Assembly: GCA_036867785.1 (NCBI GenBank)
Contig: CP145410.1
Span: 496,001 to 560,000 of the forward strand
DNA length: 64,000 bases
Direction of reading: 5' to 3'
Source of the DNA: Plasmodiophora brassicae
Lineage: Eukaryota
Below the pieces are notes generated by a model. That model searched no databases, was not told the DNA's origin, and worked only from the letters and a program-made list of their open reading frames with translations. Below, one piece after another: positions 21,501 to 35,088 of the stretch; position 1 is the stretch's first letter, and every line of letters begins with the position of its first letter. The translations under genes were made by a program, and so were the position numbers.

Positions 21501-24500
21501 CCGAAACAGGACGAGGCGCATCGGCGACCCGAACTCCTGGTTATAGTTCTCCAGCTGCGCCGCGAACACGTTCCGCATGGCGACCGCGTCGAGGACCTCC
21601 TGGTACGGGCGCGCGCCCGCCGACGATTTCGTCATGAAGTGCCCGTACATCAGGCCCCGAATCTCGTCCAGCGTGTCGACGACGCCATCGCCGTTGTTGT
21701 CGAGCCGGGCCAGGCATGCGTCGAAGTTCACCTTCAGGGTCGACTCGGCCGTCGTGCGCACCCACCCGAGGAACTTGAGCGCGTCCCCGTCATCAATCAG
21801 GCGGTCGGCGAACACGCGGTGCACTTCATGGACCCAGAGCCGCACGAACGCCATGCCGTCCGGGAAATCGTCGGCCCTGGACATGCACAGGCCGCGGATG
21901 ACGCTGGCCAGATCGCGCAGGTTGAACGTGTAGTGGGATCGCGCCGGCGTCGGCAGCAACTCGGCGGTGGCCGTCTTGAACAGCGCCCTGGTCGCATCGA
22001 CGATCGCCCCGACCAGGCCAACGACGCCGCTGGCGAACCCTTTCCCTGCGCGTGCGCGTGCTGTCAGCGAACGGCGGGCCGTCGTCATCGGCAGGAACGC
22101 CGACCTAAGTGCCAGTGCAGGATGGCGGTGAAGATCGTCGTCAGACTGGCGTCATCGAACGGCGTCATGGTGACGTGCGAGAAGTGCCTCGTCAGGCGCG
22201 ACGTGATCGGGTTACGCCCGCCACCGGGTGGCCCCATGGCGCACACCACCGTCGTGTCCAGCATGGTCCGGAACGACGCGTCGCCGACATCGTACCTGGC
22301 ACGCGCACACGGCGGGTCAGTCGCGCCCGGCACGCACGCACATACGCGCGCGCGGTGCGTGTGTGCCGCTGCACGCACCATCCGCCGTGGTCCAGGAACT
22401 GTCGCAGCAGCTCCAGCGGCGGCTGCGCGCCGAATTGCTCCGGCTTTGGCATGTTCAGGTCGTCGATGAAGATCACGCAGGTGCGGTTGCCTGGCGGGCC
22501 GTACACGCCTTTCCGTTTGCGATCCTGCGCGTCCGATCAGCGTCCGAAGGTGCCGGGAGGCGGTTGTCCCCCGTACGAGTTTGGCGTCGATGATCTCCCG
22601 GGTCTGGGACGCCGACGTCTGCGCCGAGAAGCTGATGACGAGCGGCGCGTATGCGTCCTTGTTCATGGCGGCCAGCGCCTTGGTGATGTAGGCGGACTTG
22701 CCGGTGCCGGTCGGGCCGACGAACAGGCCCGGGATGCGCGCCCGGGCGAACAGCTGGGTCAGGATCGTGTACCGCGCCGAGTCGATGGTCGGCACGATGA
22801 TCTCCTGGATGCGGGCGTTCGCCTCGATGCGGAATTCGGACGACGACCCCATCATGGACGACCAGGGCACCCAGCCGCCCGCGTTCCACGCGTAATCGTA
22901 GACGGATCCCTTGTCGGGCAACCTCATGTGCTACCAGGCCGTCACGTCCGGAACGTGGCAACACGATCAACGAAACCGACCTGGGACTTGCTGTTGGCCG
23001 GGTCGCTGCAGATCTCGCGGACGTGGTTGTTGAACAGGGCCCGGCCGTTCTCGTCCACTGACGCGCCAATCGACCAGACCAGAGCGAACACAAAGTACCC
23101 TTCGACGTCCTTCGGCGCTGTGATTGACAAGGTTCAGTGCGCGCACCGGGACATTGAGGCAACCTGTACGAACTCGCTGGGGCGTGCTGGGTGGCCTCTG
23201 TCAGAAGGACCTTGTACATGCGGAGCAACGCAGTCGCGAGGTTCATATCGCTTGTCGGCGAGTATTCAACACACTTCCGGCGAACGAGCTTCGACAACGG
23301 GTTTAGTGGGGGCTGGCGTCGCGTGCTGTGATGCAGCATACCTCGAGCGACGTGGGAATGAAGCGCTTGACGAGATTCTGGAAGGCGGTGGCGTTCAAGA
23401 CTTCCGTGGGCATCGCCGATTGCCACGAGTCGATCAACGGCTGAACGCCGAGCGATTGCGGCTCCAGGAACACCATACCGCATCGCGACACCGTTGCGGG
23501 CGACGCCACTGCCAGGTCGGCGACCTGAGCGTCAACCGTCAGGATCCCAGCCGGGCGTCAAACACAGAGACCCCGGGGCTTGCCTCGAAGATCATGTTCA
23601 TCGTCGACGACATTTGGATAATCTCGCCCGACATGAGACACAGCTTCTTGTTGTCATCCAGCACCGTGTTCATGTTCTCGATCCACAACGTGTCGACAGG
23701 GCCGTCAAACATAACCTGGCCATACATTACATCTGACGGAAACTGGCGGGGACCAGCTCGCACCCACTAACCCATTTCCGGGCTTCCGTCTCAGCAGCGG
23801 CGAGCCGCCGGAAATGAACGGACAGCAGCCCGTCCTTCCATTCATGGGACACGGGATCGAACTGGCCTGCACCCGCCGGTCAGCTCTGCGGAACATGGTC
23901 GATGTTGCACCCGCTGGGCGTACCGTATATTTCGTTGAGGGTGATCGATTTGGGGTTCAGCGTGACCAGTTCGACGGGTTCCGCGCTGATGTCCGACAGC
24001 GCCCCGGCCAGGACGCGTATGGCCGACGTCTTCCCCGAGAAGGGCTGCCCGACCAGCATCAGCCCGTGCCGCACCTTAATCATCTCGTGGAGCTGAAGGA
24101 TCTGCGCGCACACACGGTTCAGCCAGAAGGAGACACACGACATCATCTGTCGCACCTTCTCGAGGAACTCAGGGACAGGCCGCAGGTTGCGCTTGGCCAA
24201 GTTGGCCTGGATCGCGGGCATCAGCGTCGAGTAGTCGCTGACCGGGCGGGCGACACCCGGGAACAGGTCGCCAATGATGCCGACGAACAGGGGAATGTCC
24301 TGCGACAGGAACTTGGGCAGGTTGACGTCGTTGATCGAACGCAGCATCAGGCGGTTCTCGTCCTCGGTCGGCTCTAGACGCTTCAGGTTGCCGGCGGCAG
24401 TCAGGACGGCCTTCACCGCCCTCATGCCGTAATCGTAATGGTCCTGCGAAGACAGCTGCTCGCTGCACAGCTTGTATGTGGCCACAATCTTACGCGCCAG

Positions 24501-27500
24501 GGCGCGCGCCTCCACGAACCCGCACGAGTACAACGTGATCTCGGCGATCATCTCATAGTTGGGCACCATCATGGCCACCGTCCTGAACAGCGACTTCAGG
24601 TTATCCGGCAGCTCCGATCGTCCGGCGTAACCCGGGTTCATCGTGATGAACACGTTGCACGACAGGCGCAGGCGGATCTCGGTGCCCTCGAATCGGAAAT
24701 GGTGGGCCTTGGCGGCAACCGCCCGCTGGATGCTCAGCACCTGCTGCGCGACAACGGACAGCACTTCCAGGTCGATCCGGTTGAACTCGTCGAAGCAGGA
24801 CCAGGCGCCGCTCGACGCCAGGCCTTTGAAGAACTTGGACATGGCCAGGTAGTCCAGCCCGTCGGAGCAGTTGAACACGACGCATTGGATGGCCATGGCC
24901 TTGGCCAGGTCCTTGACCGTTTCCGTCTTACCCGTACCGGCAGGGCCTTCGGGTGCCCCGCCCAGGTTGAACTGGATCGCGCCCATCAGCGTTCGGTAGC
25001 ACCGATCCGTCAGCGGCGTGATGACCAGACGGTCTGAGTTGCCCAGGTACTCGAACCCGTACGCCAGGTCGGAATTGATGATGCGGACCTTGACCGTGTC
25101 CTCGAACCAGTAGTACCTCAGCTGCGACGTCCACTCGAAATCGGTGATCTGTTCACTCGTGAATCTGTCTCGCCCCACGACCGACCCCATGCGGCCGCTG
25201 TTACCTGCGAGACGTTCGCCTTGACAAGAGCCTGGAGGGTATCACGGGCGTGAACATCGATGACGACGAGAGCGCCCAGGGTACGACGCTGCAGGCGGGT
25301 CAGCTGGCCGCGAACCAACGCGACAATCTTCTGCAGGTGCTCGTTGGACTCGTCGAGGAACGCTTTCAGCGTGCCCGACATGCCGCCGTTGTTGCCGGCG
25401 ATGGCTTTCTCGACGAGGGACGTCCAGAAGATCTGGCTGACGGCCAGGACGACCTGCCCGGGCCAGTTCAAGACCCACTGCTCCCTGGATTCGTTCGCGT
25501 ACGCCACCATGGCGTTCGACACGCTTGCCTTCACGCTCGCGAACATCAACGTTTCGACATCGCTGAGCCAGCGCTCGACGGCCCCGTTTGCATCCTTCGG
25601 GTTCATCGTCGACGTCAACGCCAGCCTCTCCCCTAACCATCATCATCATCAACATCGATATTGGATCACGCGCGCGCGTTCACGCATGTCTCGGTACCTT
25701 CGGGGGAGAACAGGGCGGTCACATCGAGGTTCTCCTGGAACTCCAGCTTGGAGACCCCTTCGAAGCACTTCTTCAGGTGCGGCTGGACACGTGTTGGATC
25801 CTTCGTTTCGGCCAGGATCTCGAGCAGCTCGTTATCGGACAGGAAGAAGAACCTGGCCAGCATGGGTCAGCGCTTATGGTTGCAATGGATCTGTCAGTGA
25901 TGGACCTCGGGAAGAAGAGCCGTTTGGTCTCCAGGTACTGGTTCAACCCGGCCTGGATCTTGTCGAGCATGGCGCGTGCTGACGTGAGCGACTCGAGCAG
26001 GTTGGGTATCCTGGAGACGGCCAGGGCCTGTGGCGTGATCTCGACCTCCGACATGATCGTGCGCCAGGCCGTGTCGACCTGCCGGAACAGGTTGCCCTCT
26101 TCGGGCATCTGCTTCATGATGTCGTCCGACGAGAATATCGGCTCCAGGTACAGCCAGGTCGTTTGCACCTGCAGCCAGTTGTCGATCACGTCCTGCATCG
26201 TCACCAGCCAGGACTCCCACTCCCGAATCTGCTCCTCGAACGCCTTGGCGAAACTCGACCCCTTCATCGTCTGCGTCTTCACGATGTGGTCGTCCAGCAG
26301 GGTCTGAATTTCCTCGATCCCAGACCCGACCAGGATCGAAGTGCCCGTGTCGCGGTACGACGTGATGGCGAACAGCACCGGGTTCCACTCCTTCTTCATG
26401 GCGTCCAGCGTCTTCTCGATCGAGTACTCCTTGGACGCCGTCTCCGACACCATCTGCAGCTGGTCCAGCGACTTGGCAACGCCCATGTCGACGAACCTGG
26501 TCAGCGACGTGTGGTCGTCCGGGCGCAGGTCGAACCCGACGATCTCCGAGATCGCCGCCCAGTGCCGGGGACGCAGGCCCGGGTTGCACAGCACCTCCAC
26601 CAGCGGGATGTGGACCTTGAACGCCTCCAGCGACGTCTTGATATGGACGGCCACAGAGCCAGCCGAAACAGTGAGTTGCTTCGACAGCTTCAGGGCCGTC
26701 CTCCACATCGTGTCGCACTTCGATTTGACCTGGGGACGGTGTGTAAACGTATTCGCTGGACGACGGACGTCCCAGGCAGGCGAACCTGTTCGGCGTTCAG
26801 GGAGAAGACGGGGCCGTCCACCCATTGCGTGTGGTTCTGCCTGAATTCGGACACGAGCGTCCAGAGGTCCTCGTACGGCGTCAATTGCTCCTTGGCCTGG
26901 TCGAGCAGGTTGAATTGTGTGACAGGGATGCCCAGGAGCTCGTCCTGCTCCTGAATGCGCTTGCATTCCTCGGCTGTCCATGCACGATCAGCAACAGCGT
27001 CGTGCGATGCAGGCGTCACCGTTACTGGCGGCATGCAGGTTCTCCCGAACGTTCTTGATGATGGTGTTGAACTCGACTTCGCGTTTGAGGTCGGTGAACT
27101 CGGCAAAGTCGGCGATCTGGGCGGCGTACGATTCGAGGAGCTTGTTGAACTTCTCCTTGCGGTCCTCGAACTGGCCCTCCATCTTGCGGCGTTCGGCCAT
27201 GAGCTGGGCGTCGGCCTCGACGATGATGGCGTCGAACTTGTGCACCCAGCCGAACGTCGACCCGATATGCGACAGGACGTCGTCGTTCACCAGGTGCCCG
27301 CATTCGAACAGGAACCGCAACTCTTCGACCGCATACGCACAGTCGTTCATCAGGCGCTTCAGCGTCGTCTGCTTGAACGTATTCGAATATCGCACCAGGT
27401 CGACCAGTTCCTATTCGTTGCACATCAGTCCACGGCCGCTCGACCGCAACGGGCCTGCCGAGACCTTGGAATTCAATGGCTTCTTCAGGAGAATGGCAGC

Positions 27501-30500
27501 AACGGTTTTGAACTCATCACAGATGACAACGTTGTGCTCGATGTTTCGCGTCGCAATGTAGGACAAGATCTACATTGGACAGGATTGAATATGCTCTACC
27601 GGTACGTTACCATTCACATCGCAGCACGAACCTGTTTGCTGCATTCGACCAGCTTGCTGACCAGAAGTTCGTTGATCTTCGCACAGTCGAGCGACAGCAA
27701 CCGGCACTGCACAACGGCGCGTGTCCTGTTCTCCAGATCGTCCGTCATCGACCGGAACGACTGGATCCGCTCCCTGAAGTCGTCCAGCGTCCGCGTTTGC
27801 GTCACGTAATCGGACAGGCGCTGCGACTCGTCCAGCAGGTACGAGTACTCGTCGTACAGGTTGACGACGTTGCCGGCGGAAGCCACACATTCGCGAAACA
27901 CGCGTACGATGTCGTCCCGCAGGGCCAGGACTTTGGCGTCGTCGACCTTGAAGGTCAGGTTCTTCGGGTTCTCCAGCAGCGGGAACAGTTTCGTCTCGAT
28001 GCGCGGGATCCCATCCAGCCCGACCAGGATCGCGTCGAAGATGCGGCACAGGGCAGCCTCGATCTCGCCCGGCATCGTCTACAAACGGCGCCCTGCCGTT
28101 AGCCCACACGAAACGGCCGCCCCCTTCGGGACGCACGACCTGGAACTGGATCTTGCGGCGCTGGACCACGATTTTGATGTTGAAGACCGGGGGCGGGACG
28201 GTGTGGTCAGTGGGCGCCCGGACGGTCAGGATGGACGGTGCAGTCCCAGTCGCGAACTGCACGTCGGGGACGTCGATGTAACGCGTGATGAACGCGTGCA
28301 GCTCCTTCGCACTCGACTCGACGATGCTGCGCAGCAGGTTCGTCATCAGCGCGGCGATCGACTCGAAGAACGTGGCGGATCGCTCCGCGTCCTTGTCGAG
28401 GCGCCCGCGGAACACGTCCTCGACCTCGCGCATCTGGGCGCGCGCACGTTCAACGACGTGCTCGTGCCGCTGGCGAACCGAACCAGGTACCCAGTTGTTG
28501 GAGAAGTTGCCCAGCTGATCCTTGATGTGCGCCTTCTGCATCGCCTCGTAGTCCTGGATCGACATGGGCAGCGCCGATTTCGGTGGCACCGCCACCAGCG
28601 ACAGGTTCTCGTACTGGGCCCACAGCTTCTGAATGGCCACTGCCGCGTAATTCACTGGGACAACGATTACCAAATGGCTGTGCGCACAGACAGTGGGGGC
28701 GTTGGGTACCAGTGAACAGGTTCTTGTCGAGGTGGACCCAGGCGTGCTGGATGGGCTCCCGCCAGGTGATCGGTGGGCATGGCTGCGACTTGCACCTGCC
28801 CCAATCGACAACGGCTCGCGGCGGCGGGTCTGCGATATCAAGTCGTGAGCGCTCCTGGGGAGACCTATCCCGAGCAGGTGAGTGGACCACGACACGATCC
28901 GCGCCATATAGACAATGGGTGGTTCACCGAAGGACATAGTCAAGGATGGCGCGCCGGCCGCTCAGCTCGTAGTCTTTGCGCATCTCGGCCAGCATCTCAG
29001 CAAGTCGTGCCTGCGGGCGTGTCAGGCGCGACCAGCGAAATCAGTGCATGGATTAGGTTACCTCAATACGGGCCTGCTGGACGGCGGATACGTCCATGTT
29101 CAGAAGGCGGAGAACGTTATCGACCCACGTCCTCTTAATCGGGACCAGGTCTTCAACGCCGACGCCATGCTCGACGTAATGCTGATGGAGCAATTAGCGT
29201 GAAGATAATGTTTCGTGTCAAGCATACATTGAATCGCCTCTGGCTCTCGGTGATGTCGGACGGTCCAGAGGATGTATCGTCGATGGTCACCGACCGCAGG
29301 GCCGGTTTCGTCGTCTGCTCCACTGGGTCGCTGCGGACCCGTGCCCGACTCAGCCTATTCGACGACATCGTCCAGCGTCCCACCTAGCAGGCCGTTAACG
29401 CAATCGCCGTCGACAACACCGCAGTTGTTGTCAACGAACCTCGGGCGTGTAGAATCCAGCAACCTTGGCGCTTAACGAAATGTCAGCATGGCCGTTCGTG
29501 AACGTCGCCGAACGCGTCCGGCTGAAATTATCCAGCAATGGCGGATAGAGTTCCTGTCGCAGACGTTCACAACCCAGACGCGGCCACGGTCCCAGGTCAG
29601 GTCCAACCTGGTGCTGCTGCGGAAGGTCCCTGATTCTAGGTGGAGACGGGGACCGAGCACCGACCCGTAAGCGGGATGGGGACGTGGGCGACCCGGACCG
29701 CCTCGGGACGGCCCTTGTTGACAAGTTCCCGTGACGAAGTGCCCGGAAGCCTTCCGGGCTCATCTCCCCTCCCGGTTGCTGGGCATGCATCCCCACACGT
29801 TCGGCCAAGGATGACAACCCGACTACCAGTGCGTTGAAACCAATTACAACGAGATGGGAACTCATCGACGCGGCGATTGCGTACCTTGCGACTTGGATCC
29901 CAGGTACGAGTACTTGGCGCGTTTCTGTCGGTGCTCTAAGGCGAGCTTGGCGCGTTCTTCAGCGAGCGCTTTCTCGGCCGACGTGCGGTCGGCATCGGCA
30001 CTGTGCACCAGCAGGTCGACTTTGCGGTCCTCGGCGACGAGCGACGCGAACCCGAAATCGATGATGCACTGGTGGCGGCCGGCGATCACCTCGCCGAGCC
30101 TCTGGAACAGGTGCGACAACGCGATACGTAGCGTGTCGTCTGACAGCGCTGAGTACTTCAGCAGCGCCGATGGGTACATCTTGACGGCCGACGCGACGTC
30201 TTTCTCGAGGATCGTCTGCCCGTCTCGCAACTCCAGGCCGTACTTGTCGACGAAGGGCCTGTAGAAGTAGAACGCGGGTTCCCCGCCCATGGAGGTGTCG
30301 GACGCGTTCGAGTGCTGCAGAAAGACGCCGATGGGTGGGATGGAGAAGGAATTGCCCATGGAGTACTGCCTAGCGGCCCACTGCGTCATGGCCGACCAGG
30401 CGTCCGCATAGGAGCGGCTGTTGATGAGGTTGGTCAGGCGCAAGGCGCCACGGGGCGTGGTGATGTACCGGCCAACGCATTCGCTGACCAGGGTTTCAGC

Positions 30501-30539
30501 GGTCAGCATCCGACCGGCGCCAGGTCGGGCGTCTGCCAT
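15596..30539 (-). CDS. Axonemal inner-arm dynein heavy chain (DNAH7/DNAH3/DNAH12 class), multi-exon; the 5' end may include the HU-CCDC81-like exon
   Basis: P-loops [24 protein letters not shown] and GVGGTGRQS. Also CFDEFNRI, stalk/MTBD, and the C-terminal CPVYKT...TGHSTNFV...[14 protein letters not shown]7-type N-terminal block HYVEHGV...[19 protein letters not shown] lies near 28930-29180. The start is 30539 if fused, otherwise ~29763. Confidence 0.95.
29862..30539 (-). CDS. CCDC81-like tandem HU-domain region (probable first exon of the dynein gene)
   Basis: [27 protein letters not shown]...[15 protein letters not shown] and [12 protein letters not shown]...[16 protein letters not shown] resemble the two HU-CCDC81 repeats. 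Donor CAAG|GTACGC at 29884. Confidence 0.6.
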   Translation of the reverse strand: MADARPGAGRMLTAETLVSECVGRYITTPRGALRLTNLINSRSYADAWSAMTQWAARQYSMGNSFSIPPIGVFLQHSNASDTSMGGEPAFYFYRPFVDKYGLELRDGQTILEKDVASAVKMYPSALLKYSALSDDTLRIALSHLFQRLGEVIAGRHQCIIDFGFASLVAEDRKVDLLVHSADADRTSAEKALAEERAKLALEHRQKRAKYSYLGSKSQGTQSPRR

Positions 30540-30698
30540 AGGGCCAACGAGGCCAGTATGACCGCAAAGACGAGCAGCGACCCTGACTCGCAGTGTCAGT
30601 GACCCGGTTGCGACCACCCTCTCCATGTTTGGCGCGCGGCACGCACGACTCTGCAACGTACGTTGATAGGTGTCTTTTATACGATATGTTAGCAGGGT

Positions 30699-32027
30699 CT
30701 ATGACGACTGGGGGACGAACTCTTCCGGCGAGGTCAAGGCATCGAGCGGCGACGCGTTGTTCTTCTCGTACAGCGCAATGATCTTGTCGGGATCCGAGCG
30801 CGCCCGGCGCTCCAGGTCGTCTCGTATGGCTGGGAACGCCTCGATCGTCTTGGCTTGATTTTTCCTGTCAGAAGCGAGTCAGCGCTGACGCCCAAATGAA
30901 CACGAGGTTACGCACCAGGTCAGGAACATGTCGTAGAACAGGGCCTGATGGAGAGTGCACATTGTATCCACGACAGAATCCCGCTTCGCGCATAGCCAAT
31001 AGAGGCGCGCCTCGCGAAGCACGCGCAGGCAAATGCCAGTGAAGTTCAACGATACGACTGCAAACGGGAAGCTCTGCATCGGAGAAGACGTTAGGTCGAT
31101 CGCGACCACCAGCTGAGCGGCACCATTCATACCTGCCTCTCGTCTCGCGACAAGGCGAATATCCGAGTGAGCAGAGTCGTCGACGACTTGAGGAAGGCCA
31201 CGATTTGGAGGAGGCCGAACATGCCCGATCCTCTCAGGTCGGTCCCAGGGTCGTTTCCCTGAAAGCCGACAACCTCCCAATGGCTTCCATATCGAGGGCA
31301 CGGCTCCGTTTGGCCCGTCAGCCGTCTGTACACCGTCTGGATGATGCGCTCATGCACTTCCACCGATGTATCCAGCTGCTGAAGCGCCATGTAGAATACG
31401 GCGTCTCGTTCCTTCCTCATTTGCTCGGAGCGGAACTCTGGAGGGCCACACAGCTGATAGCGCATGCGGGTGAACCATGACAGCTGCCGAAAATCGTATC
31501 GCTGGATGCTTGGATTCGGATCGCGAACCAGGTCCATCAATGCCGACCTGGCTTCGATGTATCCGATAGGCGTCCATCGGTCCTTAGGTCTCAATGCGGC
31601 CGCCCCTGATCTGGCCTGCCGTTCAGCGTCTTCTTGCGCCACCTGAACGGTTGTCAACGACCAATGCACGGCGACTGATGTCGTCGACACTGACTTTCTC
31701 CCTGAACTCGTTAACAGCGTCCCATTCATTCACCCCTGCAGGAGAAGGGCCCGGTACGTCGGCGAGTGGGCCCGTTTCTGCGGGCGGCTTGTCGTATGCT
31801 GATATGACACGTTGCGCCGCGAGGTTCGCCTCGTGGGTGTTCAGGTCGGCAGACGTAATAGGCGCGATTGCTGCACTGGCCGGTTCGACAACGCCAGTCG
31901 GCGGTTCCGCAAGGCCCTTGTCCATCGCATCCGTCTGCCGGGTTCCAACGCCATCCCAGACGTCAAACTCATCTTCCGCAGCCTGTTCGACCTGATTCGG
32001 TCCCGACGGCTCGTCCGCGGCGGACAT
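30699..32027 (-). CDS. ELMO/CED-12 domain protein (ELMOD3-like ARF/ARL GAP)
   Basis: WEVVGFQGNDPGTDLRGSGMFGLLQ and FPFAVVSLNFT. Several short introns; stop TAG at 30701-30699. Confidence 0.88.
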
Positions 32028-32245
32028 CGTCTCAGGCCGCCGATCGTCGTCGTGCAGTGGCAGTCACAGCAACAGGAGGCGGCAAGGGCCCCGCCTGGAC
32101 AATTCTCCGAGGCTGCATTCTCACATCGTGAAGTGCGCGCCGCCGCCTACACCATAGATGACGTTGGCGGGCTGCACAAGCTGCAGCCTGCACTGGACGG
32201 CGCCGTCACGACTGCGAGCTGCAGGTCGAAATCTCCGTGGCTGCG

Positions 32246-34609
32246 ATGACGATCAAGGTCGTTCCTCTCGGGGCCGGCCAGGATGTCGGGCGGAGCTGCA
32301 TCTTGGTCTGCATGGGCGGCAAGAACATCATGTTCGACGCCGGTATCCGCCCAGGAATGCGCTCCCGGCCACTAGTTGACGCTCCGGACAGGTATGCATG
32401 CCGGGTTCGATGACCATCGCCGATTCCCGAACTTTGATTTCATATCGAAATCGGCTGATCTAACGCCCTACTTGGACTGCGTCATAATCAGTCATTTGTA
32501 CGACGTTTTGACTTTGTTCAATGGTCGTTGCTGACACACTATGAAGTCATCTGGACCACTGTGGCGCGCTGCCGTTCTTCAGCGAGGTCAGAGGGTATTC
32601 CGGCCCCATCATCATGACGTATCCGACCAAGGCGATCTGCCCCATTCTCCTGGAGGACTACCGGAAGATCGCTGTTGAGAAGGCGGGTACGACGTCAGGG
32701 ATGTTCAGCGCGGACGATGTGCGGAAATGCATGACGAAGGTGACGGCTGTGTCGCTGCACGAGACGATCCAGTGCGGGGGTATCGAGATTACTGCATATT
32801 ACGCTGGCCACGTACTCGGAGCGGCCATGTTCCACGTACGAGTCGGCGAGCAGAGCGTCCTGTACTCTGGTGATTACAACATGACGCCCGACCGGCACTT
32901 GGGTGCGTTCGTGTTCAGGGTTTACTCGATCTTGATTGTAACCTGTATGACGGTATACGTGCATAGGTGCTGCCTCTGTACCGTGCTTGATGCCCGATGT
33001 GCTTATCACCGAATCGACGTATGCAACCACGATCCGTGACTCGAAGCGCCTTCGAGAGCGGCAACTTCTTCAGCAGATTACCGAGTGCGTTTCCCAAGGT
33101 GGCAAGGTCCTCATTCCTGTCTTCGCGCTCGGTATGGCCGAGACGTCACGATGATGACGATGTCGCCCCTGCTAACTAACAGCTGTCTGTCGGTGCTTAG
33201 GGCGCGCACAGGAATTGCTCATATTGGTTGAAACGTACTGGGAGCGTATGAAACTGGATGTCCCTGTATATTTCAGCCAGGGACTGTCCGCCCGTGCCAA
33301 CCAGTACTACAAACTGTTCATCAGCTGGACAAGCCAGAAAATCAAGGAGACGTTTCTGGAGAAGAACATGTTTGAATTCCGGCACATCCAGGTAATTGTG
33401 TCGTATTCGGATGTGCCGTTATATCAGCAACCTTATACGTTTGCGTATACAGCCGTTTGACAAGTCGTTCACAACAGCGTATTCGCAGGAAGGTCTCATT
33501 GTCAAGTAGCCCTAACTTACCATGCGATACAGGCCTGGTCCCATGGTCGTCTTCGCGACTCCTGGCATGCTACATGCCGGCCAATCACTCGAAATATTCA
33601 AGGCATGGTGCGACGACGAGAAGAACTTGGTCATCCTACCTGGATACTGTGTGGCGGGTACAGTCGGAAACAGAGTGCTTGCTGGACAGAAGCAGATCCG
33701 TGTCGATAGGCTGACAACCATCGACGTCAACTGTAAAGTGTCCAAAGTATCCTTTTCGGCCCACGCTGACTCCAAAGGTGATTTCGTCCAGCGCAGAATC
33801 GGAATGTGCAGGGCACTGACTCCTCCTCCTGCGCAGGCATATTACAGTTGATCAAAGAGGTGAAGCCTCGGAACGTTGTGCTCGTTCATGGAGAGCGTTC
33901 TAAAATGTAATATTTGCTGTGCCCGTCGGGTGCTGGTCGCTTACTACTGTCTCCGGTCAGGAATGTTCTGGCTCAAAAGATCGAAATGGGGATGGGGACA
34001 CCGTGTTTCTTCCCAGCGAACGGCACTGTGGTAACCATTTCTGCCGGTGGGCGGGTTCCCGTTCTGATTTCCAACGACATTCTTGAGCGGATGCGTGACC
34101 GTCTCGAAGATTCCAGCGTAAACTGCGCCTCATTTCGTCTTCGAGCGCTCCCTAACTATTGTCTGAAGCATGATGCTGCCGTTGTTGACGGTGTCTTAAT
34201 ATCTGGGCTGTCTCAACAGCTGCGACTGGTTACCGTCGAGGAGTCGGTGTCAACGATTCGTTTACCTTCGCATTGTGTTCAGTTCCAGATCTCGATACCA
34301 CTGCCACCGGCTCTCACTAAGGCGCAGCAATCGGACATATCGCTTCTAGCAATGCTGTCGAATGGGATCGCAACGTAGGGATCCGATGCTCCTAGCGATG
34401 CCGCCCCCTTCTGACTCTTCGCATGTGTCAGCCGTTATCGCGGCAAACCCGCCGTGACAGCAAGCGACTTCAAGGTAGAGTCAATTCGGGTTGCGTACAG
34501 TGCCGATGGCGATGCACTTGACGTATCGTGGGACTACCGGGACGAGATGGTGGCGACCTGCGTCCGACAGTTGATTAACGATGCCATACGCATGCATGTA
34601 ACCCAATAG
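32246..34609 (+). CDS. INTS11: Integrator subunit 11 (CPSF3-like beta-CASP nuclease)
   Basis: [64 protein letters not shown] and C-terminal VSWDYRDE. Many short introns. Confidence 0.95.
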
Positions 34610-35088
34610 AAACTATGCCACGTATCTCCGTTGTGCCCCGCGAGCGTATGTCAGTCCACTGAAAAGGGAATAGCCGTCTGTTTCATTTCCAATGAAGAGC
34701 GCCTGTCAATACCGGCCAGCCGTGGCACTATGGATGCATGGACATCTCCGCCACGAGGTGCTTCTCGGCAACGTGGTGGTTTTGTGAAGAATGGGGACAG
34801 ATACGCATAGTGAGGTGGTGCTTCTTCAAAAACGAATAAGCGTCGCTTCCCGGGCGCACGTCGATTTCTTTCCAAACTCAGGTTACAGTTGACACACACG
34901 TACGTGCTGAGCTGTTGGAGCGAAACTCCTGACGAAAGTGTTACAGGACAAAGGCGAACTGGGGGGGGGTCGGTCAAGTCGACTCGACTCCTAGCGCCTG
35001 ATGACGCGCCCAGATTACGTCGCGGGGTCCGATCAGGGTCAGTATAGCGGTCGCCGTACGGGGCAACGTGAAGGCGGGCACGATCGCT

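Noticed and set aside
16000-28800. Many long + strand ORFs (e.g. 19601-20983, 22109-23770) opposite the dynein gene
   Set aside because: They are antisense shadows caused by strong GC3 codon bias and contain no domains.
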